A DNA stretch of 64,000 nt from contig NC_068981.1 of assembly GCF_001194135.2 (NCBI RefSeq), positions 18,332,767 through 18,396,766 on the forward strand, written 5' to 3'. Every line of letters starts with the position of its first letter. Within the stretch, counting starts at the first letter, position 1. The stretch comes from Octopus bimaculoides (lineage: Eukaryota). The position numbers and the translations under genes were made by a program. Below are positions 1 through 11,921 of the stretch, one piece after another. Under the pieces are notes generated by a model. That model had not been told where the DNA came from. It made no database searches and was given only the letters and a program-made list of their open reading frames with translations.

Positions 1-60
1 CGTGATCAGAGTTGTTTGAGAACCAAGGTACTACTGTATATATATATATATATATATATA

Positions 61-200
61 TGTAAATATATAAAAATAAAAAGATTAAGAGAGCAATGGT
101 AAGGTTGGAGAAGTATTTTATGGATTAAGTAGTTTATCCATAAAATACTTCTTCAACCTTACCATTGCTCTCTTTATCTTTTTATTTTTATATATTTACA
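61..200. repeat. Fold-back inverted repeat, 65-bp arms, 10-nt spacer
   Basis: 61-125 is the reverse complement of 136-200 with 2 mismatches. Confidence 0.9.
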
Positions 201-336
201 TATACACACGCTAATACACAACTTATAATCCCCAATCCTGTTCATACAACGACTGGGGCAAAACTAGTCGGTATACAGCACTTACTTGGTATTACCTGTA
301 TCCTCTTGGGTTTGGTTAAATCCAATACCCTCCTCA

Positions 337-340
<4 letters not shown>

Positions 341-411
<71 letters not shown>
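341..411. repeat. (TA)n microsatellite
   Basis: Direct inspection. Confidence 0.98.
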
Positions 412-413
<2 letters not shown>

Positions 414-569
414 CAAATTTCTTCAGTTTCCATCCAGCAAATCCATTCATAAGGTTTTGGACAGCCCAGTAGTAAAAGGCTTTTGCTGCACTGTGGGACT
501 GAACCAAAAACCACATGGCTGGAAAGCAAGCTTGTTGTGCCTGCAAAGTAATCCAACAAATGCTGGAAG

Positions 570-900
570 TGGATGTAATGAAACAATTATTGGAAGGAAT
601 TAGTGGGAAATGTTCAGGAAGTTGTCACTTGTGTTGGCAAACAAAGGTCTTCTTTTGTATACATGTACAAAGACTGTATGAAGACGTTACATGAAGTGTG
701 TATGAAACATATGAGTGATGCTACATGTTAGTGAGACATGGTCATGAGTAGGTGTTAAATGTGGAAGATCTGTAGAGGCTGAAAAGAAGTGTCAGATGTG
801 AAATATTAATGTGAGATGAGAGAGTGATTAGGTGTTAAAGATTCATTGAAATATAATGGTGGAGAGTGATACAACAGCAAATATGGGGGAATAACTCTGT
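570..900 (+). mobile_element. Highly decayed RTE-LINE RT C-terminal remnant
   Basis: Interrupted peptides LANKGL, SETW and VEDL*RLKR, in the same order as the RT C-terminus of the better-preserved copy at 24865-25495. Confidence 0.4.
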
Positions 901-1062
901 AAAAAATATAATGAGTTGGTGGTGCTATGCAAGAGCAAATGTAGAAACGATTAGAAGGGGAACATTAACAAAATACATTTAGACACTATTCAGGAGATTG
1001 AACACACAATACAGAACATACATAGAAGGCTGTACATATAGAACCTTCTACATACATACATA

Positions 1063-1657
1063 CTGGGTTGTCCGGAAAGTTTGTGCCAATTTATAGTAGC
1101 TTACCTTTCGACTTATTTTAGAACATGGTTGAGTCCATAAAATAGGATTTGACTACACCTTCATTAAGAGCACAGGTTAAGCTATCTTTTCATGGAAGAA
1201 GGTTTATGTTCCTATAACCTGTGTTAATTCTGTAACCCTTTAAAATGGAAGATAAGAAAGTTCATTTTCGGCACTTGATGCTTTTCTTTTTCCGTAAAGG
1301 GAAAAATGCCTCACAAGCATCCAAAGAAATATGCGCAGTTTACGGTGATGTTTCTTTATCTGAAAGAACTGTACGGAAGTGGTTCGCAAGATTCCAAGCT
1401 GGAGATTGTAGCCTTATTGATAAAGAACAATCAGGCAGACCATCCACTACAGGTGATGACCAAATCAAGTCATTAATTGAGAATAACCCACATTGCACAA
1501 CCCAAAAATTGGCAGAAAGCCTCAACCTATCAAAATCCGTTGTTCATGAGCACCTGGTAAAGCTTGGGTACACAAATCGCTATGATGTTTGGGTACCACA
1601 TGAGTTGAGTGAGAAGAACCTTTTGGAAAATCGGCACAAACTTTCCGGACAACCCAA
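1063..1657 (+). mobile_element. Internally deleted mariner transposon (595 bp)
   Basis: 30-bp TIRs (1063-1092 and 1628-1657, 2 mismatches), TA TSDs at 1061-62 and 1658-59. Confidence 0.95.
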
Positions 1658-1748
1658 TACATACAACAGACAATGCTGTATAAACACAGACTACAGGGTG
1701 TACATAAGCAGACCACTGTACATACACACATACAATACTGTACATTGA
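1245..1748 (+). pseudogene. Truncated mariner transposase: HTH DNA-binding region through WVPHEL, no catalytic DDD domain
   Basis: ORF MEDKKVHFRHLMLFFFRKGKNASQA...WFARFQAGD...SGRP...WVPHELSEKNL, then reads through the right TIR into flanking DNA. Confidence 0.9.
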
Positions 1749-2159
1749 ACATACACAGATAATGCTGCACATATACACATTGATGTATGTATATACACAC
1801 GCACACACATATATCTATATAGGTCACTGATTACAACTGTACATAAATTACATTGTTCATACACATACAACTGTACATATATACACTACTATATCTAGAC
1901 AAGCTCACACAGGATGTTGACGACACACAGACGAGTGTACATACACAAGACTGCATACAGAGGAAATTCTGTTCATAATCACTCATGGAAAGTGTTCATA
2001 TATAGAAGACTGTACATACACACAGGAGTGTATAGGTTTTTTTTGGCTAATGGAGAGAAAAAGGGTTGATTTGCATGAGATATTACACAAACAGCAATTT
2101 CTAATAAAAAGTCTTTTTATCAAATGACGTTGCCCAGTGCAAACTACACAACATGCAGC

Positions 2160-2585
2160 TTGAAAGAAATATTGTTTTCTGCCTTTCTTAACAGCAAAAA
2201 TATCAATTATTTGGTCAACATTTTTTGCCAACAGACATGTTGACACACTTTTGATCAATATCTAATATTGGTACTCTGTATAATGAAGTTCGACCTTTTG
2301 TACTCCTCATATGTATCTTCAGTCATGTGTGGCTTCTGAACGGGTGCTCTGAAAGTACTTGATACAGCAAGAATTGTTGCCAACATACAAATGGTTTTGT
2401 TGACGACTGGTAATACATTGTGGCTATAAACTTTGTAGACAGTTTCAATAGCACCAGTTGCTGTTCACTGCTAGTGAATTTTTGATGAATACATATTATG
2501 GTCAGTGACAAACCTTGTCAAGATTTCCTGTTCTGTCTTAAGAAGATCCAGGTCAACAGCTTTATATAATGTTGCAAGTTGATAG
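2160..2585 (-). mobile_element. Fossil hAT transposase C-terminal (dimerisation domain) fragment
   Basis: Frameshifted peptides VVNKTICMLATILAVS / SEHPFRSHT*LKIHMRST / NVDQIIDIFAVKKGRK resemble the hAT pattern LATIP...SERSFS.L.RLKTY.RST...IIDIFA. Confidence 0.5.
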
Positions 2586-2639
2586 TACTTATATATGTTA
2601 TCTGAAATATCATTGTCATCGTTGTCATTGTCCTCTTTG

Positions 2640-2785
2640 TCATCACCATTGTCACCACCACCACCACCACCACCACCACCACCACCACCACCACCATTAC
2701 CACCACGACCACAACCACCACGACAACTATGACGACGATGACGATGACCACGATGACCACGACCACCACCGCCACCACTACCACC
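2640..2785. repeat. (CAC)n/(GAC)n trinucleotide microsatellite
   Basis: Direct inspection. Confidence 0.95.
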
Positions 2786-3064
2786 TTTTAATGTTCATTT
2801 TCTCATGTCTACCTCGGTCACATGAAACTTGTTGAGGCAGAATTTTTACAGCCTGATGCCCTTCCTATCACCAACTCACCTGTTTTTAAGCAAGATAATA
2901 CCTCCCATGGTGAGATATGTTTTTCATGGAAGACTTCAAATGAACAACCTCGCTTATATGACAATGATGCTCATTTACAATCATCACATGATCTCTAAAC
3001 AAGGGTACATACAAACACATATGCCCCACACGTACATACTTACACACATACACATATATGTATA

Positions 3065-3110
<46 letters not shown>

Positions 3111-3275
3111 CATTACAGGATTCTTTCAGTTTCCTTCAAATCCACTCACAAGGCTTTGGTCAGTGTGAGGCAATAGTAGAAGACACCTGCACAAGGTGCT
3201 GCACAGTGAGACTGAACTCAAGACTGCATGGTTAGTAAACCAGCTTCTTAACCACACAGCCTTGTCTGTACCTAG
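2780..3275 (-). mobile_element. Composite SINE: family-A tRNA-like head, (TG)n linker, RTE-LINE-type tail
   Basis: Head ggctgtgtggttaagaagc...gagttcagtc; tail contains gatgcccttcct on + as in the RTE 3' ends. Confidence 0.7.
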
Positions 3276-3399
3276 GTGGACGTGTGTTTAGCAGTCTTTG
3301 GCTGTTTCATCTCATGACACTTCTGTTTCTGATTCATTAACCAGTAATTTCAATTGAAAAGAAACATCTTTTTCTCCATAAAACTGTGTCTACATTTAA

Positions 3400-3840
3400 C
3401 CCTTCAGCATTCGGATTATTCTGTCAAATGTAATGCCTTGTGCTGGTGATACATAAAATGGCACCCGTGCCAGTGGCACATAAAAGGCACACATGCCAGA
3501 CACACAAAAGTAATCCAGTACATTCTGTAGAATGGTTGATATTAGGAAGGGCATCTAGCCATAGAAACCAAGTCAAAACAGGCTGGAGCCTGGTTCAGCT
3601 CTATGGCTTACCAGTTACAGTCAAGCCTTCTAACCCATGCCAGCATGTAAAATGGACTTTAAATGATAATGATGATGATGATGATTGTTTTGAATTAATC
3701 ATGCATTATCTTGTAGCTTTGAGAATTTGATGATGTGATTGTATATTTTTAGAATGACATTGTAGCTAAGTTCAAGAAGCTGAATTTACATAAAATGTCA
3801 AATATTTTGGCCAGATATGGCCAGCTTAAATGCTAGAGGG
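3400..3840 (+). mobile_element. piggyBac-like MITE with a nested RTE 3' end
   Basis: TTAA|CCCTTCAGCATT ... AATGCTAGAGGG|TTAA; TTAA at 3396-99 and 3841-44. Confidence 0.8.
3438..3685 (+). mobile_element. RTE-LINE 3' end / RTE-tailed retroposon (family B)
   Basis: ttaggaagggcatc...aacccatgccagcatg...(GAT)n tail. Confidence 0.85.
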
Positions 3841-4479
3841 TTAAAGTGAACCATGTGTCATGGAGGATTTCTTTGGCAGTTTCCCCCTAACATTTCTGTA
3901 TTTCCAAATGCTTTCAAAGTTCACTTTATTTCTGCGGTCAGTGAGAATTTCCTTCATTACTATAGCTGTTCTTGCTGTTATATCTGCGATCTTTCCCTGC
4001 AGGCATTTACAGGGGATGTTTGTATTTGACAATATTATTTTCATAGCACAACCAATCCAATTAAGAAGCCAAAACTGTAAATGGCATTCAATAATGCCCT
4101 ACTGTTTGTATTGTCTTAGGGTCTTGATCATTTGTTGAGCCAAGCAATACTTTTATGATATTATGTAATTGCTCTATTATAGCCTACACTTTTTCATTTC
4201 TCCACCATTTTGTTACATTTTGAGATTTAAGTGTTTATATAATTTGTCCATCAAAGGCTGTGATGCTTTTAAAGTAGGCATACTATTTGGAATTAGCTTG
4301 CAAAAAGTTGTAGAGGATCCAGATAGTTCCCTAGAACGTTGAGGGGAGTGGTTCAGTATTGAATAACATGATTTTAGAGGTGCCTATAACAATGTATATT
4401 GATGGCAGGTGAAGGTAAACCTTTAGCTCATGTTGCCAAACCTCTATGAACACAATTTCTATTAGCTGTGACATACACT

Positions 4480-4897
4480 TACTCTTTAATCTTTTACTTG
4501 TTTCAGTCATTTGACTGCAGCCATGCTGGAGCACTGCCTTTAGTTGAGAAAATCGACCCCAGGACTTATTCTTTGGAAGCCTAGTACTTATTCTGTCGTT
4601 CTCTTTTTGACGAACCGCTAAATTACGGGGACGTAAACACACCAGCATAGGTTTTCAAGCGATGGTGGGGAGACAAACACAGACACACAAACACACATAC
4701 ATATATATATATATATCTACATATACATATATACAACGGGCTTCTTTCAGTTTCTGTCTACCAAATCCACTCACAAGGCTTTGGTCGGCCCGAGGCTATA
4801 GTACAAGACACTTGCCCAAGGTGTCACACAGTGGGACTGAACCCGGAACCATGTGATTCGTAAGCAAGCTACTTACCACACAGCCACTCCTGCGCCT
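4480..4897 (-). mobile_element. Full-length tRNA-headed SINE, family A
   Basis: A-box TGGCTGTGTGG, B-box GGGTTCAGTCCC, internal (TA/TG)n, tail aaacaagtaaaaga; more than 20 related copies in the window. Confidence 0.9.
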
Positions 4898-5557
4898 ATT
4901 AAAACATTAAAACATTCTTTAAAAATTTTGTCAATTTTATACTGTAGTTTTCTGAGTACCATTTTTGACCGACTTATAGAGAATAGTAGAGGATGGTGCA
5001 AAAATCTATCGACAAACTCCTAGATTTCTCTTTTAGTGCTGAATCTGAGGTATATTATGACTTACTCAGCCTTGTTGATGTCTGACATCTTATCAACAAT
5101 AATGAAATATCTGAAATATCTTGGAAATTCCTCATATCATTTACTATGCTGCCTAAAGCAACCTCAGCTGTAATATCAAGAATTTGATTTTACACAATAG
5201 CTGAGGCCTGATGCTTATGTAGATCTATGTGACTTTCAGTTCTTCTCATAACAAAGAATATCCTTGGACTGAAGATGTAGAAGTTCTAAAATGCTACCAT
5301 GGTTACAATCAGAAACTTCAACTGCACTATTGCAGTTCTCTGAGCTGTGAACAACAGAGTTTCAATCAAATTTTCACAAACTCTCAGTTCTATTCTAATT
5401 ACTGCTTGTTTACAGTATTTAGTTGACATGACACCAACGTTTTGTGCTTCACTTGACCATTTGTCCCCTGGATCCTAGTTTAATGATGACAAGCACTTTT
5501 GCACATATGTTGAGGGCTGGCTTGTTATATTTTCCAATTTTGAAATATAGAAGTCAT

Positions 5558-5750
5558 GTCGGTGGCACGTAAAAGCACCTACTACACTCTCAGAGTGGTT
5601 GGCGTTAGGAAGGGCATCCAGCTGTAGAAATTCTGCCAAATCAGATTGGAGCCTGGTGCAGCCATCTGGTTTGCCAGTCCTCAGTCAAATCGTCCAACCC
5701 ATGCTAACATGGAAGGCAGACGTTAAACGATGATGATGATGATGATGATG
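5558..5750 (+). mobile_element. Family B RTE 3' end
   Basis: Same consensus, (GAT)n tail. Confidence 0.9.
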
Positions 5751-5754
5751 AAGT

Positions 5755-5924
5755 GTAACTGTGCAGTAAGAAGTTTGCTTCCCAACCACGTGGTTCTGGG
5801 TTCAGTCCCACTGTGTGGCACCTTGAGAAGATGTCCTGTGTCATAACTTTGGGGTGACCAAAGCCTTGGAAGTGGATTTGGCAGATCGAAACTGAAAGAA
5901 ACCCATTATATATATATATATATG

Positions 5925-5957
<33 letters not shown>

Positions 5958-6179
5958 CTGTGTCTGTGCTTTGTGTCTGTGTTTATTCCCCACCACTGCT
6001 TGACAGCTTAGTGATTCCCCATAGCTTAGTGATTCAGCAAAAGAGACCAATAGAATAAACACCAGGTTTAAAAAACAAAAATTAGCAGTAGGGTCAATTC
6101 ATTTGACCAAAAAAAATCTTCAAGGTGGTGCTCCAGCATGGCCACAGTCTAATGACTGAAACAAGTAAAAGATAGATAG
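5755..6179 (+). mobile_element. SINE family A (diverged)
   Basis: Head, microsatellite and tail modules all present. Confidence 0.85.
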
Positions 6180-6341
6180 GCACAGGAGTGGCTGTGTGGT
6201 AAGTAGCTTGCTTACCAACCACATGGCTCCGGGTTCAGTCTTACTGTATGGAACCATGGGCAAGTGTTTTCTACTATAGCCTTGGACTGACCAAAACCAT
6301 GTGAGTGGATTTGGTAGACGGAAACTGAAAGAAGCCCATTG

Positions 6342-6372
<31 letters not shown>

Positions 6373-6679
6373 GATTAATAAATTCAAAAAGGGATAAAAA
6401 TCTTTTACAAGAATTTTATCAGGAAGCCAGTGTGTAAAAAAATTCATATGGGAAATTTCTATTCCCAAGAATATAATTATTCGTTTATATTTATATAAGG
6501 GGCATTACTACAGAATAATGCCACACACTGGACTTCCCAAAATAAACACATTTAGTACCGAATGCGAGGAAAAACAACCAACAGAAGAAGACCGATGCTG
6601 GTGTGTTCATGTCTACGTAACTTAGCAATTCGGCAAAAGAGACTGATAGAATAAGTACTAGGCTTAGTACTTATTCTAT

Positions 6680-6860
6680 TAGGAGAATTATGTGTGAGTA
6701 TGCCAGGAGTAGGTTTCATGAATTTCAGTAAGCATGGAATTTTTGAACATTGTAGTATGCAACAAACAAATGTTGCAAGCAGTTTATGCCATGCATCGAC
6801 AATTCTGAGCACGAAAAGAAAAAATGGCTTCCAAAAGCTCCGAATATGAGTATGGTTTTC
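6680..6860 (-). mobile_element. CR1-like LINE 3' terminal fragment
   Basis: Similar to 20225-20440 and 59000-59210. Confidence 0.5.
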
Positions 6861-8344
6861 TCTGTATATTTAGACTATATACAATTTTATATGTAGGTAC
6901 TGTTTACCATGTATGTATACATTTCAGTATTTGTGCAGTATGTACACACTTTTGTGAGAGTACAAAAGTTTGTGCGTGTACAGTTTACTACATGAGCAGT
7001 CTTATACACACACACATATACACACACATACACATTATTTTGTGTGTCTACACATCTGTATGTGTATAGTTGTACAGCCTTGTATGTGTGCATGCAGTCT
7101 TCTATATGCATCTGTAGTCTGTGTACAGTATTTTATGCACAGTATTCTATATGTGCAGTAGTCAGTGCGTATATGGTCTTTTGAGTGAATATGGAAATGT
7201 GTGTACCCATTCTTTTTGTTTTGTTTTGTATTTTTTGGGGGGTTTTTTTGCGGATTGTACATGTAGAGTAGTTTCTGTATGTACAGTTGGTTGTACATGA
7301 GTTTCTGCATACATGGACATACAAATCAAGGAAGGAAGGGTGAAAATGCCTTCTTTAGTTTTCAAGCAAAAAGATAGGAAAATTTCAGAAAAAAGGAAAC
7401 TAAAATGATAAAAAATCAGACAAAAGAATAAAAAAAGATTATCAAATTAACAAGGTTAATAATGAAGTCAAATTAATTCTGGCTAATAATCAACAAAAAT
7501 TCATGCTAAACAACCTCCTTAAATTTATCTAAATTAATTCTTTTCAAGATTAGAGAAATTAACCCAATGCACATATTTCTGCAAGTTAACTCCCTTGTTA
7601 CACTCTTATTTTTATTCATGGAAAATCCTGAAGTTTTTCAATCTTTTTATATTTAGTCTTTGATGTAACATTGTTTGTATGGCTTTCAGAAATGGAAAGC
7701 TGAACACTCTCACTTTGAAATTTATTTATAGAAATGTTATTCTTCCCATTGCATGTTATGTTCTTGTCAAACACCAAATCCAAATTGAACATACTAAATC
7801 TCATCATGATAAAGCATGCAAACAGTTTTATTGTCTATGCATCAATGTGCAGAATATGGCAGCAAATAGACTCTGGTTTTCAAAGAAAAACATGTTAGGG
7901 CCATTTATGCTGCTCAGACAGTGACTTTTATCTGAGTACTTTTTTTTTTGAAAACATTAACTGCCAAATTTGTCAGATGAAGATAGGAATGATAATTGAT
8001 ATATCTATAGCCAAAACATCTTCCCAAACCATCAATGCGAACAGCTTTGTTAATGTTGATGATAAGAATATCACAAAAATACCCTTGAGTGTCTATAGAG
8101 ATTGGCTCTTCTGAATCTAAAAAAGAAGATGAAATGAATGTAACCCAAGGATATAACTGGTTCCACAGCCTGCAAAGAACATTATCACAAACAGTGGTTC
8201 AAATTCAGTCAATTTTGTCACAATATAAACTAAAAATATTTAGCAAGATGCAGTCTAATTTGAGAAACTCAATGAGAGAACATTTTAAACTTCATCCTTG
8301 ACTGTTCTATGACATTGACAAGTGTTAAGGTTTGTGTTCACACA

Positions 8345-8720
8345 TTATTTTATTCTTTTATTCATTTCAGTCATTTGACTGTGGCCATGCTGGAACACAG
8401 CCTTTAGTCGAACAAATTGAACCCAGGACTTATTCTTTGTAAGCCTAGTACTTATTCTATTGGTCTCTTTTGCCGAACCGCTAAGTTACGGGGACGTTTA
8501 ACACACCAGCATCGGTTGTCAAGNNNNNNNNNNACACACACACACATACATATATATGACGGGTTTCTTTCAGTTTCTGTCTACGAAATTCACTCACAAG
8601 GCTTTGGTCGGCCCGAGGCTATAAGTAGATGACACTTGCCCAAGGTGCCACGCAGTGGGACTGAACCCGGAACCATGTGGTTGGTAAGCAAGCTACTCAC
8701 CACACAGCCACTCCTACGCC
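8345..8720 (-). mobile_element. SINE family A (contains a 10-N gap)
   Basis: Matches the family A consensus. Confidence 0.9.
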
Positions 8721-8724
8721 TATT

Positions 8725-9099
8725 GAACTGAATGAAATTGTAGTTGTGGCCGATGCCAGTGCTGTCTGACTGGCATTCATATCAGTGGCATGTAAAAAGC
8801 TCCATTTGAGCATTGGGCCTGATGGAGGCAGTGACAGGTGACCAAAGCCCTTGGCAATATACTGTACTTGCATTGACCTGCCAAGTCAAGTGAGACAGTA
8901 GTCGTGGCTGGAGTTAGGTCAATGGCACCCGTGCCAGTGGCACGTAAAAAGCACCCACTAAACTCTCTGAGTGTTTGATGTTAGGAAGGGCATCCAGTTG
9001 TATAATCAGATTGAAACCTGGTGCAGCCCTCAAGCTTACCAGTTCTCAATCAAACTGTCCAACCCATGCCAACATGGAAAGCGGACATTAAACGACGAC

Positions 9100-9131
<32 letters not shown>
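8725..9131 (+). mobile_element. Family B RTE 3' end, including the ORF-terminal segment EAVTGDQSPWQYTVL
   Basis: Hairpin units, the LINE ORF end and a (GAT)n tail. Confidence 0.85.
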
Positions 9132-9132
<1 letters not shown>

Positions 9133-9619
9133 TGAAAAAAAATTTTGTTTCAGGTGAATTTATTGCAAGAAACAGCTAGGTTTCTTTCTTCAACGTTTTA
9201 CATCGTTCAACCTACACAAGTGAATGTGTGAAAAACAAAATAGGAATTTTGGAAGAAATATCTGTAAAACCACTTTTTAAACATCGAATGGCGACGGGAG
9301 TCCACCAGAATAAAATAGTAATCAATTGGGGTTCACATATAGAATATGGTTGAGAATTACTGATGTATACATACAGACTACTGCATACACACAGTTGACT
9401 GTGCATACTGATTACATAAAAGACTGCACATATTATACTACTGTACACACATACACATAGCATACTGTATACACACAGAACAGACTGTTAATATACAATC
9501 TTCAGTGTGTGTAAAGTATTGGTATGTGAGTATAATAGTAATTTACATTGTAGACTATACAAACACGAGACTACTGCTTATGCACAAAAGGCTGCACATA
9601 TTGTCTCTTCCTCCTCATT

Positions 9620-9841
9620 TGGGCATGGGCACGGCTGTGAGGGTTGCTTCCCAACCACATGGTTCTGGGTTCAGTCCCATTGTATGACAGCTAGGGCAAA
9701 TGTTTTCTGCTATTGCTTCAGGCTGACCAAAGCCTTGTGAGTGAATTTAGTAAATGGAAACTGATAGAAGCCTGTCATATTAATATACATATGTGTAATA
9801 TACTAATATATATATATATATAAAGATATATATACTTACAT

Positions 9842-9895
<54 letters not shown>

Positions 9896-10115
9896 ATGTG
9901 TCTTTGTATCTGTGTTTGTACCCCACCACCACTTGTGAAGCAGTGCTGATGTATTTATGTCCCCAGTAACTTAGCAGTTCAGCAAAAGAGACTGATAGAA
10001 TAAGTACCAGCCTTAACAAAAATAAGCACTGGGGTTGATTGGTTCCACTAAAAATTCTTCAAGGTCCTGCCCCAGTATGGCCACAATCTAACGACTGAAA
10101 CAAGTATAAAGATAA
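9620..10115 (+). mobile_element. SINE family A
   Basis: Matches the family A consensus. Confidence 0.85.
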
Positions 10116-10704
10116 ACAGTAAATGATCCAGAGCTGCTCAGTCTCCTTACCTGCACACTACCTCTGCTTCCTCCTCCTCTTACATCCATTTTTTGTCTCA
10201 TCATATTTGTGCTCCATCATTAAACACACTAACATTATATATCTGGCAGAGGTATGTAAAAGCACCCACTACACTCTCGGAGTGGTTGGCTTTAGGAAGG
10301 GCATCCAGCTGCAGAAACTCTGCCAAATCAGATTGGAGCCTGGTGTAGCCATCTGGTTCTCCAGTCCTCAGTCAGATCATCCAACCCATGCTAGCATGGA
10401 AAGCGGACGTTAAACCATGATGATGATGATCTTGTAGAGTAGGTACACTTTATACCTCAGCAGCCACTATACACTCTCTGTATTCAATGCTGATGTTTCA
10501 CTGCCCTGCAGCATCACACTTTGCACACACAAACATCATTTATTCTGCCTTTCACTTGGACAAAGATTCCCTTTGTTCTCAGCTTCTTAACCCTTTAGCA
10601 TTTAAACTGGCCATATATTCTACCTGTTTTATGCTAAAACTAACTAGTTCAGGCCTCTTACACCTACCCTGCAATGTCTTTCTAAAAATAAACAATCATA
10701 TCAG

Positions 10705-10997
10705 GTCGTTGCCAGTGCTGCTGGACTGGCTCCCGTGCAGGTGGCACGTAAAAAACACCTTTTTGAGCATGGCCGTTGCCAGTACCACCAAACTGGCCCT
10801 CGTGCCAGTGGCATGAAAAAGCACCCACTACAGTCTCAGAGTGGTTGGCGTTAGGAAGGGCATCCAGCTGTAGAAACTCTGCCAGATCAGATTGGAGTCT
10901 GGTGCAGCCTTCTGGCTTGCCAGTCCTCAGTCAAATCGTCCAACCCATGCTAGCATGGAAAGCGGACGTTAATCGATGATGATGATCATCATCATCA
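10705..10997 (+). mobile_element. Family B RTE 3' end (2 hairpin units)
   Basis: Consensus match, (GAT)n tail. Confidence 0.9.
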
Positions 10998-11041
10998 CCG
11001 AAATATCAATGCTGCAAGATAATACAGGATTAATTTTATAA

Positions 11042-11310
11042 ATCATCGTCATTTCATCGTTCAATGTTTGCTTTCCATGCTGGCATGGGTTGAATGGTTT
11101 GACCGGGGCTGGCGAACTAAAGGGTTGCACCAGACCCCAATCTGCTTTGGCATGGCTTTTACGGTTGGATGCCCTTCCTAATGCCAACCGCTCCAAGAAT
11201 GTAATGGTTGCTTTTACATGCCACTGGCACAGGTGCCAGTTGCTTGACACCAGTATCTGCTGCAACTATGATTTTACTTGGCTTGAGGGGTCTTCTACTC
11301 AAGCACAGCA
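11042..11310 (-). mobile_element. Family B RTE 3' end
   Basis: Reverse-complement consensus match. Confidence 0.85.
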
Positions 11311-11315
11311 TAATG

Positions 11316-11541
11316 CTTTTTTACTCTTTTATTTGTTTCAGTCATTTGACTGTGGCCATGCTGGAGCACCTCTTTTAGTCGAGTATCTCGACTCCACGAC
11401 TAATTCTTTGTATGCCTAGTACTTATTCTATCGGTCTCTTTTGCCGAACCACTAAGTTACAGGGACGTAAACACACCAGCATTGGTTGTCAAGCGATGTT
11501 GGGGGACAAACACAGACACACAAACACACACACACATATAC

Positions 11542-11587
<46 letters not shown>

Positions 11588-11747
11588 GATGGGCTTCTTT
11601 CAGTTTCCATCTACCAAATCCACTCACAAGGCTTTGGTTGGCCTGAGGCTATAGTAGAAGATACTTGCCCAAGGTGCCACACAGTGGGACTGAACCCAGA
11701 ACCATGTGGTTGGTAAGCAAGCTACTTACCACACAACCACTCCTGCT
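11316..11747 (-). mobile_element. SINE family A, full length
   Basis: Consensus match. Confidence 0.9.
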
Positions 11748-11921
11748 GAGAATAAATAAATATTAAATTTCACAGAATAATCTGAATACTAAGAGTTAAC
11801 CTGTTTCTATTCCATCCTCATCCCAGCTACTGTTGGAGTACTCACCTCTGCTGCTAATTAAGTCACCTAAGCACTCTCATCTAAGAGAGCCTTTATAACG
11901 TTTGATAAAAAATTTATTCTA

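Larger units (their letters stand above)
10591..11795 (-). mobile_element. Second piggyBac-like MITE copy, split by three nested retroposons
   Basis: TTAA|CCCTTTAGCATTTAAACTGGCC at 10591; internal piece 10990-11040 matches 3690-3735 in reverse; other end cacagaataatctgaatactaagag|TTAA with TTAA at 11796-99. Confidence 0.7.

Noticed and set aside
250-280. aaaactagtc with a palindromic ACTAGT resembling hammerhead stem III
   Set aside because: No CUGANGA core upstream and no convincing stem I.
165-603. ORFs with YIYI, HTHT, CVCV, poly-D/M/I or X runs throughout the track
   Set aside because: They are translations of microsatellites or N-gaps, not genes.
7640-8300. Possible transposase remnant (KIFSKMQSNLRNSMRE)
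   Set aside because: Only one short motif-like stretch; cannot be supported without a profile search.
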